DNA from: an uncultured delta proteobacterium
GTDB taxonomy: Bacteria; Desulfobacterota; Desulfobacteria; Desulfobacterales; B30-G6
Direction of reading: 5' to 3'
Length of the DNA stretch: 64,000 nt
Assembly (NCBI GenBank): GCA_963823335.1
Contig: CAWGLD010000004.1
Span: 352,001-416,000 of the forward strand
The stretch's first letter is position 1. Each line of letters starts with the position of its first letter. The position numbers and the translations under genes were made by a program. Shown one piece after another: positions 36,195 to 44,600 of this stretch. The notes beneath the pieces are model-generated. The model made no database searches. It was not told where the DNA came from and saw only the letters and a program-made list of their open reading frames with translations.

Positions 36195-38408
36195 ATGTCT
36201 AAGTTAGTCGCATTTGCCGCCATACAGGGTGGTTATAAAGTTGTCTCAACGGCTGAAGGCCAGTTTAAAAACGCACTGGCAACATTCAATGCCGATTCCA
36301 AGATCGAATTCCCCAACACCGGTTACTACCTGCCGGTGATTTATTCACTGACCGGTATGAAAGTCGAAACCCTGGAAGACCTCAAGAAGCCCCTTGAATT
36401 TGCGCGCGGCCTGCTGCCGCCGCATGTCAAAGGTAAAAATCATCTGCCGTACCTCGGTCCTCTCCTGGATGCAGGCATGGCCGCCATTTTTTCCTATGAA
36501 ATTCTGGAGGCCCTGCGTATCCTGCGGGAACCGGACTATTACCTGCCCCAGGAAGATCCTGACATCGATGCGGGCAAGCTCTGGGTCGGCCCTGCCGATG
36601 ATATCATTCTCCGCAAACGGGGCGTGGAGTTCGTGGATGGTACCGCGCCCGGGTTTGCCGCGGTTGTCGGCGCTTGTCCGGACCCCGAAACCGCCAAGAT
36701 GATCGTGGAGGACTATCAGAAGAAGAACCTCTACATTTTCTGTGCCGCCCATCACAACGGCACATCGGTCATCGAGCAACTCATCGAGGCCGGTGTCCAG
36801 GTAGGCTGGAGCACCCGTATCGTTCCCTTTGGCCCGGATATTTCATCGGCCGTGTTCGCTCTGGGTTTTGCCAACCGGGCAGCCATGGCCTTTGGTGGTG
36901 TCCAGCCGGGCGATTATAAAAAAATTCTGCACTACAACAAGGACAGGGTCTTTGCCTTTGTCAACGCTTTCGGCGATATCGGCACCGAGTGGGGTGTCGC
37001 GGCCGCCGGCTGTGTCAACTGGGGTTTCCCGACCCTGGCCGACACCGATATTCCGGAAATTCTCCCCACCGGTATCTGTACCTACGAACACGTGGTGGCC
37101 AACGTGCCTCACGACGAAATCTGCCAGAGATCGGTGGAGGTCCGGGGTCTCAAGGTAACCGTTTCCGAAATCGACATCCCCTGTTCCTTTGGACCGGCCT
37201 TTGAAGGCGAGCGAGTCCGGGGGGCCGACCTTTACTGCCAGATGGGCGGCGGCAAGACTCAGGCCACCGAGCTGGTGAAAATGGCGGACATGAAAGAAAT
37301 CGAAGATGCCAAGGTGATCGTTGACGGACCGGATATCGGAGATATTAAAGAAGGTGAAACCCTGCCCCTGGGGATCTTTGTCCAGGTGGCCGGTCGTGAA
37401 ATGCAGACCGATTTCGAACCGATCCTGGAACGTCAGATCCATCACCTGATCAACTACATCCAGGGTATCATGCACATCGGACAGCGGGATATCGCCTGGA
37501 TCCGCGTGGGCAAGGCTGCCATTGAAAAGGGCTTCACCATCAAGGATATCGGTGTGGTCCTGCACGCCAAGTTCCACCAGGACTTCGGCAAGATTCTCGA
37601 CAAGGTGCAGGTTACCCTGATCACCGACAAGAAAAAGGTCGACGCCCTGACCAAAACAGCCCGGGCCGAATACAAGACCAGGGATGAGCGGGTCGAGAAG
37701 ATGACAGACGAAGATGTGGAAACCTACTATTCCTGTACGCTCTGCCAGTCATTTGCACCCACCCATGTCTGCTCTGTCAGCCCCGAAAGAACAGGTCTCT
37801 GCGGTGCCTACAACTGGATGGACTGCAAGGCCTCCTTCGAGATCAACCCCACCGGCCCGAATCAACCCATTGAAAAGGGTGAATGTATCGATCCGGTTCT
37901 GGGCCAGTGGAAAGGTGTCAATGAATTCGTCAACAAGGCCTCCAGGGGCGCGGTCACACATTACAATTTCTATTCCATGGTGATCGATCCCATGACAACC
38001 TGCGGGTGCTGTGAGTGTATCGCGGCCATGCTGCCCTCCTGTAACGGTGTCATGACCGTAGGACGGGATTACACCGGTGATACACCCTGCGGCATGAAGT
38101 TCACGACCCTTGCCGGTGTCATGGGAGGTGGTGCGTCATCACCTGGGTTTGTGGGTCACTCCAAGTTCAACATCACCCAGGGGAAATTCATCAAGGGTGA
38201 CGGCGGACTGCTGCGGGTGGTCTGGATGCCCAAGGTCCTCAAAGAGGAGATCAAGGAACGTCTGGAAAAGGTCGGCAAGGCCATGGGTGTTCCAGATCTG
38301 TATGACAAAATTGCGGATGAAACCGTAGGCGTTACCGAAGAAGAGATCCTGCCATGGCTCGAAGAAAAAGGCCACCCGGCACTCAAGATGGATCCGATCA
38401 TCGGATAA
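36195..38408 (+). CDS. acsB: Acetyl-CoA synthase catalytic subunit
   Basis: FPNTGYYLP, EPILERQIH, CTLCQSFAPTHVC, GLCGA, PMTTCGCCEC. Confidence 0.97.
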   Translation: MSKLVAFAAIQGGYKVVSTAEGQFKNALATFNADSKIEFPNTGYYLPVIYSLTGMKVETLEDLKKPLEFARGLLPPHVKGKNHLPYLGPLLDAGMAAIFSYEILEALRILREPDYYLPQEDPDIDAGKLWVGPADDIILRKRGVEFVDGTAPGFAAVVGACPDPETAKMIVEDYQKKNLYIFCAAHHNGTSVIEQLIEAGVQVGWSTRIVPFGPDISSAVFALGFANRAAMAFGGVQPGDYKKILHYNKDRVFAFVNAFGDIGTEWGVAAAGCVNWGFPTLADTDIPEILPTGICTYEHVVANVPHDEICQRSVEVRGLKVTVSEIDIPCSFGPAFEGERVRGADLYCQMGGGKTQATELVKMADMKEIEDAKVIVDGPDIGDIKEGETLPLGIFVQVAGREMQTDFEPILERQIHHLINYIQGIMHIGQRDIAWIRVGKAAIEKGFTIKDIGVVLHAKFHQDFGKILDKVQVTLITDKKKVDALTKTARAEYKTRDERVEKMTDEDVETYYSCTLCQSFAPTHVCSVSPERTGLCGAYNWMDCKASFEINPTGPNQPIEKGECIDPVLGQWKGVNEFVNKASRGAVTHYNFYSMVIDPMTTCGCCECIAAMLPSCNGVMTVGRDYTGDTPCGMKFTTLAGVMGGGASSPGFVGHSKFNITQGKFIKGDGGLLRVVWMPKVLKEEIKERLEKVGKAMGVPDLYDKIADETVGVTEEEILPWLEEKGHPALKMDPIIG

Positions 38409-38525
38409 TTTAGAATTCGGCAGGGAGCGGTTTGTCTTTCCGCTCCCTTTGCCCCGCCTTGAAACGATCATCCATGTTGATTCAAAAAATGAATTCTAAA
38501 TATAGATATAGATAAGGAGACAAAA

Positions 38526-39866
38526 ATGGCATTAACCGGTATTCAGATTTTTAAACTCCTGCCGAAAACCAACTGTAAGGAATGCGGCGTCCCCACCTGC
38601 CTTGCCTTTGCCATGAACCTGGCGTCCGGTAAAGCAGAACTCGACAGCTGCCCCTATGTATCGGATGAAGCAAAGGAACAGCTGGCAGAGGCTTCCGCTC
38701 CGCCCATCCGTCCCGTAAAAATCGGAAAAGGCGTCAGAGCCTTCACCACCGGCGGCGAAACCGTACAGTATCGACATGAAAAAACATTTTACAACCAGAC
38801 AACCCTCGCTGCACTGGTCGGTTCCGACATCTCGGATGCTGATCTTGCGGCCAAGCTGACAACCTGGAACGCATTTCAGTTTGAACGCGTGGGACTGAAT
38901 CTCAGACCCGAATTGGTGGCCTTAAAAGACGCCGGTGGCGATGCAGCCGCATTTGCCGCCAAAGCCAAGATCATCGCAGAGACATCGGAGTTCAATCTCG
39001 TACTGATGTCCGACAGCGCGGAAGCCATGAAAGCCGCCATCGACGTGGCCGGGTTCAAACGGCCCCTGCTGTATGCTGCCACCGAAGCCAATCTGGAGGC
39101 CTACGGAGAAATGGCCAAGGCAGCAGACCTGCCCCTGGCGGTCAAGGCCGATTCGGTGGAAGCCCTTATTCCGTTGACAGAAAAGCTGACGGAAATGGGA
39201 CTCAAAGATATCGTCATCGATCCGGGTTCGCGGGAGATCAAAAAAGCCCTGGAAGACCAGATCATCATCCGGCGGGCCGCCCTCAAAAACGGCAACCGGA
39301 TGATCGGGTTTCCCACCATCAACTTCCCTTGTGAAATGGCCTCGAACCTGGACATGGAAACCCTCATCGCCGGCATGTTTATCGCAAAGTACGGCGGCAT
39401 TGTGGTCCTCTCCGACTTCTCCGGTGATACACTCTTTCCGCTGCTTCTGGAACGGCTCAATATCTATACGGATCCACAGCGCCCAATGACCGTCACCGAG
39501 GGAATTTACGAGGTCAACAACCCGGATGAAAACTCACCCGTACTGGTGACCACCAACTTTGCCCTGACCTATTTTATTGTGTCAGGCGAGATCGAAGGCA
39601 GCAGGGTACCTGCCTATCTGCTCATCAAAGACTCCGAAGGTCTGTCGGTCATGACGGCCTGGGCTGCCGGAAAATTTGCCGGCGACGATGTCGGCATGTT
39701 CGTCAAGAAAAGCGGCATCATGGATAAAGTCAAGCATACGGAACTGATTATCCCTGGCTACGCTGCCGCCATCGCCGGTGATGTCGAGGAAGAACTTCCC
39801 GGTTGGACGATTACGGTTGGACCCAGGGAAGCAGCACACATCCCGGGTTTTTTGAAGTCCAGATAG
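38526..39866 (+). CDS. acsC: Corrinoid Fe-S protein large subunit (gamma)
   Basis: LPKTNCKECGVPTCLAFA, GGETVQYRHEK, IYTDPQRP, TTNFALTY, TAWAAGKF, VGPREA. Confidence 0.97.
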   Translation: MALTGIQIFKLLPKTNCKECGVPTCLAFAMNLASGKAELDSCPYVSDEAKEQLAEASAPPIRPVKIGKGVRAFTTGGETVQYRHEKTFYNQTTLAALVGSDISDADLAAKLTTWNAFQFERVGLNLRPELVALKDAGGDAAAFAAKAKIIAETSEFNLVLMSDSAEAMKAAIDVAGFKRPLLYAATEANLEAYGEMAKAADLPLAVKADSVEALIPLTEKLTEMGLKDIVIDPGSREIKKALEDQIIIRRAALKNGNRMIGFPTINFPCEMASNLDMETLIAGMFIAKYGGIVVLSDFSGDTLFPLLLERLNIYTDPQRPMTVTEGIYEVNNPDENSPVLVTTNFALTYFIVSGEIEGSRVPAYLLIKDSEGLSVMTAWAAGKFAGDDVGMFVKKSGIMDKVKHTELIIPGYAAAIAGDVEEELPGWTITVGPREAAHIPGFLKSR

Positions 39867-39952
39867 TTGAAGAACATTCTCCGGGAATCACCCTTTGAAC
39901 AGCGGACCGCCAACAGGTTTCGCTTCAGAACAACCACAAGCAGGGAGGTCAT

Positions 39953-40834
39953 ATGTTTCTCATAGGTGAAAGCTTAAACGTAATTTCCCAGAAGATCGGT
40001 CGCGCATACAAGGAGCGCGATCCCAAACCGATCCAGGAGGAAGCCCTTTTTCAGAAAGAAAAGGGAATGGATTATATCGATATCAACCTGGGACCGGCCA
40101 AGAAAGACGGTCCCGAATTGATGCCCTGGGTGGTAGAAGTGGTCCAGGAAGTTGTGGATGATGTGCCCCTGGCCCTCGACACATCCAATGTCGATGCCAT
40201 AGAGGCTGCCATCAAGGTCTGCAAACTGCCGCCGCTCATTAACTCCATCATGGTACGACCGGAAAGATATGAGCGGATGGTGCCCATTGCCGCCGAAAAC
40301 AATTGCGACTTTATAGCACTCATGTGGGGTCCAGATGGTCTTCCCCGCGATGAAAACGAGCGTGCGGCACTCTGTGTCGAGCTGGTCTACTTTGCCAACG
40401 AGGCCGGTATACCCAATGAAAAGATATGGGTAGACGGTATTGTCACACCCGTGAATATCCAGCAACCCCAGGCCATAAGTCTCATGGACTTCCAGGGCAT
40501 GCTCCAGGATATGGCCCCGGGTGTCAAAAGCACCTGCGGTCTTTCCAACATTTCCAACGGACCGCCGATTCACCTGCGCCCGATCCTGAATCAGACCTAC
40601 ATGGTCATGCTCCAGAAATACGGCATGTACTCAGTAATCGCCGATCCCCTGGATGATCTCCTCATCGACATCGCCAAGGGAAACCGTCAGGATATCGTCG
40701 ACCTGATTTACGGTATCATGGATGGTAATGACCCGGATATGGGCAGTCTCTCCAAGGAAATGCAGGATTTTGCCAAGACTACCAATGTTATCCTGGGCAA
40801 ATCCCTCTACTCGGATTCCTGGCTCGACGTCTAA
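39953..40834 (+). CDS. acsE: Methyltetrahydrofolate:corrinoid Fe-S protein methyltransferase
   Basis: IGESLN, DINLG, LALDTSN, LINSI, CGLSNISNG; follows acsC. Confidence 0.9.
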   Translation: MFLIGESLNVISQKIGRAYKERDPKPIQEEALFQKEKGMDYIDINLGPAKKDGPELMPWVVEVVQEVVDDVPLALDTSNVDAIEAAIKVCKLPPLINSIMVRPERYERMVPIAAENNCDFIALMWGPDGLPRDENERAALCVELVYFANEAGIPNEKIWVDGIVTPVNIQQPQAISLMDFQGMLQDMAPGVKSTCGLSNISNGPPIHLRPILNQTYMVMLQKYGMYSVIADPLDDLLIDIAKGNRQDIVDLIYGIMDGNDPDMGSLSKEMQDFAKTTNVILGKSLYSDSWLDV

Positions 40835-40853
40835 TCTTCGAAATTATTTGTGC

Positions 40854-40891
40854 AAAAAAAAGGCCCCTCTGAAGTAGAGGGGCCTTTTTTT
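40854..40891. terminator. Bidirectional intrinsic terminator after acsE
   Basis: A8-GGCCCCTCT-gaagt-AGAGGGGCC-T7. Confidence 0.85.
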
Positions 40892-40912
40892 ATAATTTAA
40901 GGAGAAATATTC

Positions 40913-41941
40913 ATGATACCCACCATACTTCAGACAACCATTGCCGGAAGCATGCCCAAACCAGCCTGGCTTGCCGAACCACTCAAATTATGGGCACCCT
41001 GGAGACTTGAGGGCCAAGATCTGGAAGAAGCCCAACGTGATGCGGTTCGACTGGTTTTGCAGGACCAGGAAAAAGCCGGTATCGACATCGTCAGCGATGG
41101 AGAACAGACACGTCGGCATTTCGTTACCACATTTATCCAACACCTGGCTGGCATCGATTTCGAAAAATCCCGAACCATCAGGATCCGCGACAGATATGAT
41201 GCCGATGTCCCCGTGGTTAACGGTCCGGTGATGCGCACAACGCCGGTATATGTCAAAGATGCCCGGTTTCTTCGCGCTGAAACCGGGCATCAGGTGAAGT
41301 ATACCCTGCCCGGCCCCATGACCATGGTCGATACACTCTTTGACGACTATTACCACAGCCGTGAAAAACTTGCCTGGGAGTTTGCGAAAATTCTGAACCA
41401 GGAAGCACACGAAATAGCCGACGCCGGTATTGACGTCATCCAGTTCGATGAACCGGCCTTTAATGTTTTCTTTGATGAAGTTCGTGATTGGGGAATAAAA
41501 ACCCTCGAACGTGCCGCCCAGGGTCTGTCCTGCAAAACTGCCGTTCACATCTGCTATGGGTACGGTATCAAGCAAAACACCGACTGGAAAGCAACCCTGG
41601 GATTGGAGTGGCGCCAATACGAAAACACATTTCCTTTGCTGCAGGCCTCAAGTATCGATCAGGTATCCCTGGAATGCCACAACTCGAAAGTTCCCATGGC
41701 ACTAATAGATCTTTTAAAAGGCAAGGACGTGCTGGTGGGAGCCATCGATGTGACCACCAACCAGATTGAAACGCCCCAGAGTGTTGCCGCCACTATCCGT
41801 GAAGCACTTGCCTATGTGGCACCGGAGAAACTGTATCCCTGCACCAACTGCGGCATGGTACCGCTTCCCCGGAAAGTCGCCGTGGATAAACTAAAAGCTC
41901 TCGCCGCCGGCGCCGCCCTCATAAGAGAGGAATTGGCCTAG
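40913..41941 (+). CDS. Single-domain ('core') cobalamin-independent methionine synthase, MesD-like
   Basis: AGSMPKPAWLAEP, IVSDGEQTR, LPGPMT, IQFDEPAFN, VHICYGYG (HxC), PCTNCG; 342 aa, lacks the MetE N-terminal folate-binding domain. Confidence 0.88.
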   Translation: MIPTILQTTIAGSMPKPAWLAEPLKLWAPWRLEGQDLEEAQRDAVRLVLQDQEKAGIDIVSDGEQTRRHFVTTFIQHLAGIDFEKSRTIRIRDRYDADVPVVNGPVMRTTPVYVKDARFLRAETGHQVKYTLPGPMTMVDTLFDDYYHSREKLAWEFAKILNQEAHEIADAGIDVIQFDEPAFNVFFDEVRDWGIKTLERAAQGLSCKTAVHICYGYGIKQNTDWKATLGLEWRQYENTFPLLQASSIDQVSLECHNSKVPMALIDLLKGKDVLVGAIDVTTNQIETPQSVAATIREALAYVAPEKLYPCTNCGMVPLPRKVAVDKLKALAAGAALIREELA

Positions 41942-41957
41942 GTTCGTTAGAGTCAAA

Positions 41958-42737
41958 TTATCGCCTCTGCGGATTGCGTCCCATAAAGGCCACGGCGGTC
42001 TGAGCGTAGAGATCCGGGTAATGTTCGAAGATATTGTGTCCGCACTTGGGGAAAATAGCCAGTTCACCCTTTGAAAGATTACGAAAAAAAGCAACGCCCT
42101 GCTCGGCCTCGAAAAAATGACCCCGGTCCGGGTACATCACCAGGGTCGGGCAGGTAACACGCTGCAATTCGGGCCGCAGGTCAAAAAGGCCGCGGCCGTA
42201 GCTACCCCCGTACCGGCTGCAGAGACGGTAAAAAGATTCAGCACGATCAGGTCCATGCCAGTCGACATATTTCTTCTGGATATCAGCGGAAAGATCGTTG
42301 TATGTCGGAGGGAATTTAAGGCGGTTGAAGGCTTCCAGGGTTATGTCACTGAAACAGAGGGTGCTGGCAGCCGTCAAGGTTTGGACCTTGTCAGGGTATC
42401 GCACGGCATAGTCGACCCCCACCACACCGCCTTCGCACTGGCCCACGATGTGAAATGTGTCAAATCCCAGGTGGTCCACTAGCTGTGCCATGCAAGTCAC
42501 GGCAGCCTCCCGGAAGTCGGAACTGACATAATGGGTCTCAAAATCGATTCCGCCCTCGGATTGGCCGTAACCCCTGCGGTCATACACCAGCACACGGAAA
42601 CCGGCCGCCACTAGTCTGGGGGTAATCTTTTCCCACATCCTACTGCAGGAAAACCCATTGTGAAGCAAAACAACCGTGTCACCCTCTCCATAGACCTCAT
42701 AAAAAATATCATGCTCATTTATTTCGACAAAAGACAT
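41958..42737 (-). CDS. Alpha/beta hydrolase
   Basis: LLHNGF, YDRRGYGQS, GQCEGG (Cys at the nucleophile elbow), CGHNIF. Confidence 0.88.
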   Translation of the reverse strand: MSFVEINEHDIFYEVYGEGDTVVLLHNGFSCSRMWEKITPRLVAAGFRVLVYDRRGYGQSEGGIDFETHYVSSDFREAAVTCMAQLVDHLGFDTFHIVGQCEGGVVGVDYAVRYPDKVQTLTAASTLCFSDITLEAFNRLKFPPTYNDLSADIQKKYVDWHGPDRAESFYRLCSRYGGSYGRGLFDLRPELQRVTCPTLVMYPDRGHFFEAEQGVAFFRNLSKGELAIFPKCGHNIFEHYPDLYAQTAVAFMGRNPQRR

Positions 42738-42738
42738 A

Positions 42739-43802
42739 GGGGACGTCCTTTACTAATTAGACTTATCATGTTTCAATCGTGATAATATCCTGGTAACTGC
42801 AGAAGCCGTCACACCTAAGTAACGACCGGTTTCAGTCAGAGAAAGCCCCCATTCTTCAACCAGTTTTTTCGCAAGTTGCTTTCTCACCATGGAAACCTTT
42901 TTTCGCCGATTACCTGTTTTCAAGGCTTCAAGACTGATTTCTTCCTTGATACATATTTTTTGTATAAATGAAACAGCGCGTTTCATACGTTCGTGGGGAG
43001 CAAACTGTTCCTTTCTCGCTTGGTCTGATTCTTGAATCAGCTTTTCTACAAATTTACCACTTCCTAAAATCCGCTCATCTGACTTCTCACGAGCCCCACG
43101 ACGAATCGCACTTACCTCAGCCCAGCCCCCCTGTGATCTTACAAGGCCACCCCCAATCAAATCGTGGCGGCGCCCCTGATCAACCCCCTTTTTTATAAAC
43201 TGGCGGTAGACGCTTATCGCCTCGCCCTCCTTTTGCCCAAACCACTTAAGCACATAGTCCCGGTCCTGCCAGTCATTCTTTACTCGTCCTATTAACACCG
43301 AATGACCGCAATACCTGTAACCATTCAACATAGGGATATTTTCCACCAGATTTGCCCGCAATGGGTTTAGATGAATATACCTGACCAATTCCATGAAATA
43401 GGGATCTTCTTCACACACGATTGATTTATATCGGTTCTGAAACAAATGTCCGTGACGACTGTGACGAAGATTGTACGAAATAGCATAACCGGTCAAAAAT
43501 CGACGCATATACCGGGAAAGACCGGGTGCGCCACTACGTAATAGTATGTGGGCATGATTGGTCATCAAAGCCCAAGCATAGATTGACGTCTCTGTTTCAA
43601 GAGCGATAGATCCCATACGAAATATAAAATTCCGTCGATCTCGGTCATCACCGACGATCTTTCGCCCCTCTATGCCACGGATAATAACATGGTGCAGGGT
43701 TCCGGGGGCATCCAATCTGGCCTGTCTTGGCATCACTCACCTCATTTTGATATGATGTTTATATCCATATCTGGATTTGTCTCATTAGTCAAGGACGTCC
43801 CC
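42739..43802 (-). mobile_element. RAYT-like HUH transposase element with 24-bp terminal inverted repeats, flanked by TA
   Basis: GGGGACGTCCTTTACTAATTAGAC (42739-42762) versus GTCTCATTAGTCAAGGACGTCCCC (43779-43802), 22/24 complementary; TA at 42737-38 and 43803-04. Confidence 0.8.
42753..43736 (-). CDS. Y1/HUH transposase (REP-associated tyrosine transposase-like) with C-terminal HTH
   Basis: MPRQARLDAPGTLHHVIIRG, WALMTNHAHILL (HUH), GHLFQNRYKS, RYIHLNP (catalytic Tyr), LSLTETGRYLG HTH. Confidence 0.92.
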   Translation of the reverse strand: MMPRQARLDAPGTLHHVIIRGIEGRKIVGDDRDRRNFIFRMGSIALETETSIYAWALMTNHAHILLRSGAPGLSRYMRRFLTGYAISYNLRHSRHGHLFQNRYKSIVCEEDPYFMELVRYIHLNPLRANLVENIPMLNGYRYCGHSVLIGRVKNDWQDRDYVLKWFGQKEGEAISVYRQFIKKGVDQGRRHDLIGGGLVRSQGGWAEVSAIRRGAREKSDERILGSGKFVEKLIQESDQARKEQFAPHERMKRAVSFIQKICIKEEISLEALKTGNRRKKVSMVRKQLAKKLVEEWGLSLTETGRYLGVTASAVTRILSRLKHDKSN

Positions 43803-43822
43803 TATTGGGTTGATTTTTAGAA

Positions 43823-43879
43823 TTGACAAAAAATAAATGCCGAGTTACATATAGATTCGATTATCCATCAATCGATGGA
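43823..43879 (+). promoter_or_regulatory. Putative sigma-70 promoter and palindromic operator of the TetR-headed operon
   Basis: TTGACA-N17-TACATA (43823-43851); TCCATC-aatc-GATGGA (43864-43879). Confidence 0.55.
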
Positions 43880-43946
43880 AGCAATGCATAGGACATGATT
43901 GATGGAGCCTCTCCATCATGATATTATTTAGGGAATTACACACAAT

Positions 43947-44600
43947 ATGCCCTCCCCTCTTGAAAAAGCACGTCTGAATCCAGATTCCATGAAAGCCAAA
44001 ATCCTGTGCGTTGCCCGCAAGCTGTTCGGCGACTACGGCTACAATGGCACCACCACCCGTATGATCGCAGGGAAGGTGGGTATCGACATTTCAACCCTCT
44101 ATTACCATTGGGGTGAAAAGCAGGATCTTTACGAGGCCCTTATCACCGACATCAACGAAGAGATCCAGCTGGAATTCAAAGAAGTCGAAAAAAATGTGAA
44201 AAACAAACCCCTGGCAGAACGTCTAGATATCGCCATCGACATCCTGACGGATTACCTCTTCGCTCATCCGGAAGTCTCCAACCTGATTCTCAACGATTCC
44301 TTCAATAAATCCAAACCAGCGTCTGTGCCGGATATCAAGATCGGTGATTTCACATCGAACATCGCCATAGCCATGGACCTGGCCAAGAGCAAAGCAAACG
44401 TATCGGTCCAGTCAAAAGCGCGAATCCTGGCGGTATGGAACTGTGTTCTCAACTTTATTTCCGGGGAGAGCTTCTTTCGGCCGATTCTCGACATCGACCG
44501 CCAGCACTATCTCGAAACAATCAAAGAAACACTGAAATTTATCATTGTACCGGCATTTACAAAGGAGAAAAAGGAGGAGACCTATGGCATTAAACCTTGA
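43947..44600 (+). CDS. TetR/AcrR-family regulator
   Basis: ARKLFGDYGYNGTTTRMIAGKVGIDISTLYYHWGEKQDLY. Confidence 0.93.
   Translation: MPSPLEKARLNPDSMKAKILCVARKLFGDYGYNGTTTRMIAGKVGIDISTLYYHWGEKQDLYEALITDINEEIQLEFKEVEKNVKNKPLAERLDIAIDILTDYLFAHPEVSNLILNDSFNKSKPASVPDIKIGDFTSNIAIAMDLAKSKANVSVQSKARILAVWNCVLNFISGESFFRPILDIDRQHYLETIKETLKFIIVPAFTKEKKEETYGIKP

Noticed and set aside
40835-40912. SAM riboswitch before the methionine synthase
   Set aside because: The 78-bp gap is occupied by a terminator and an RBS.
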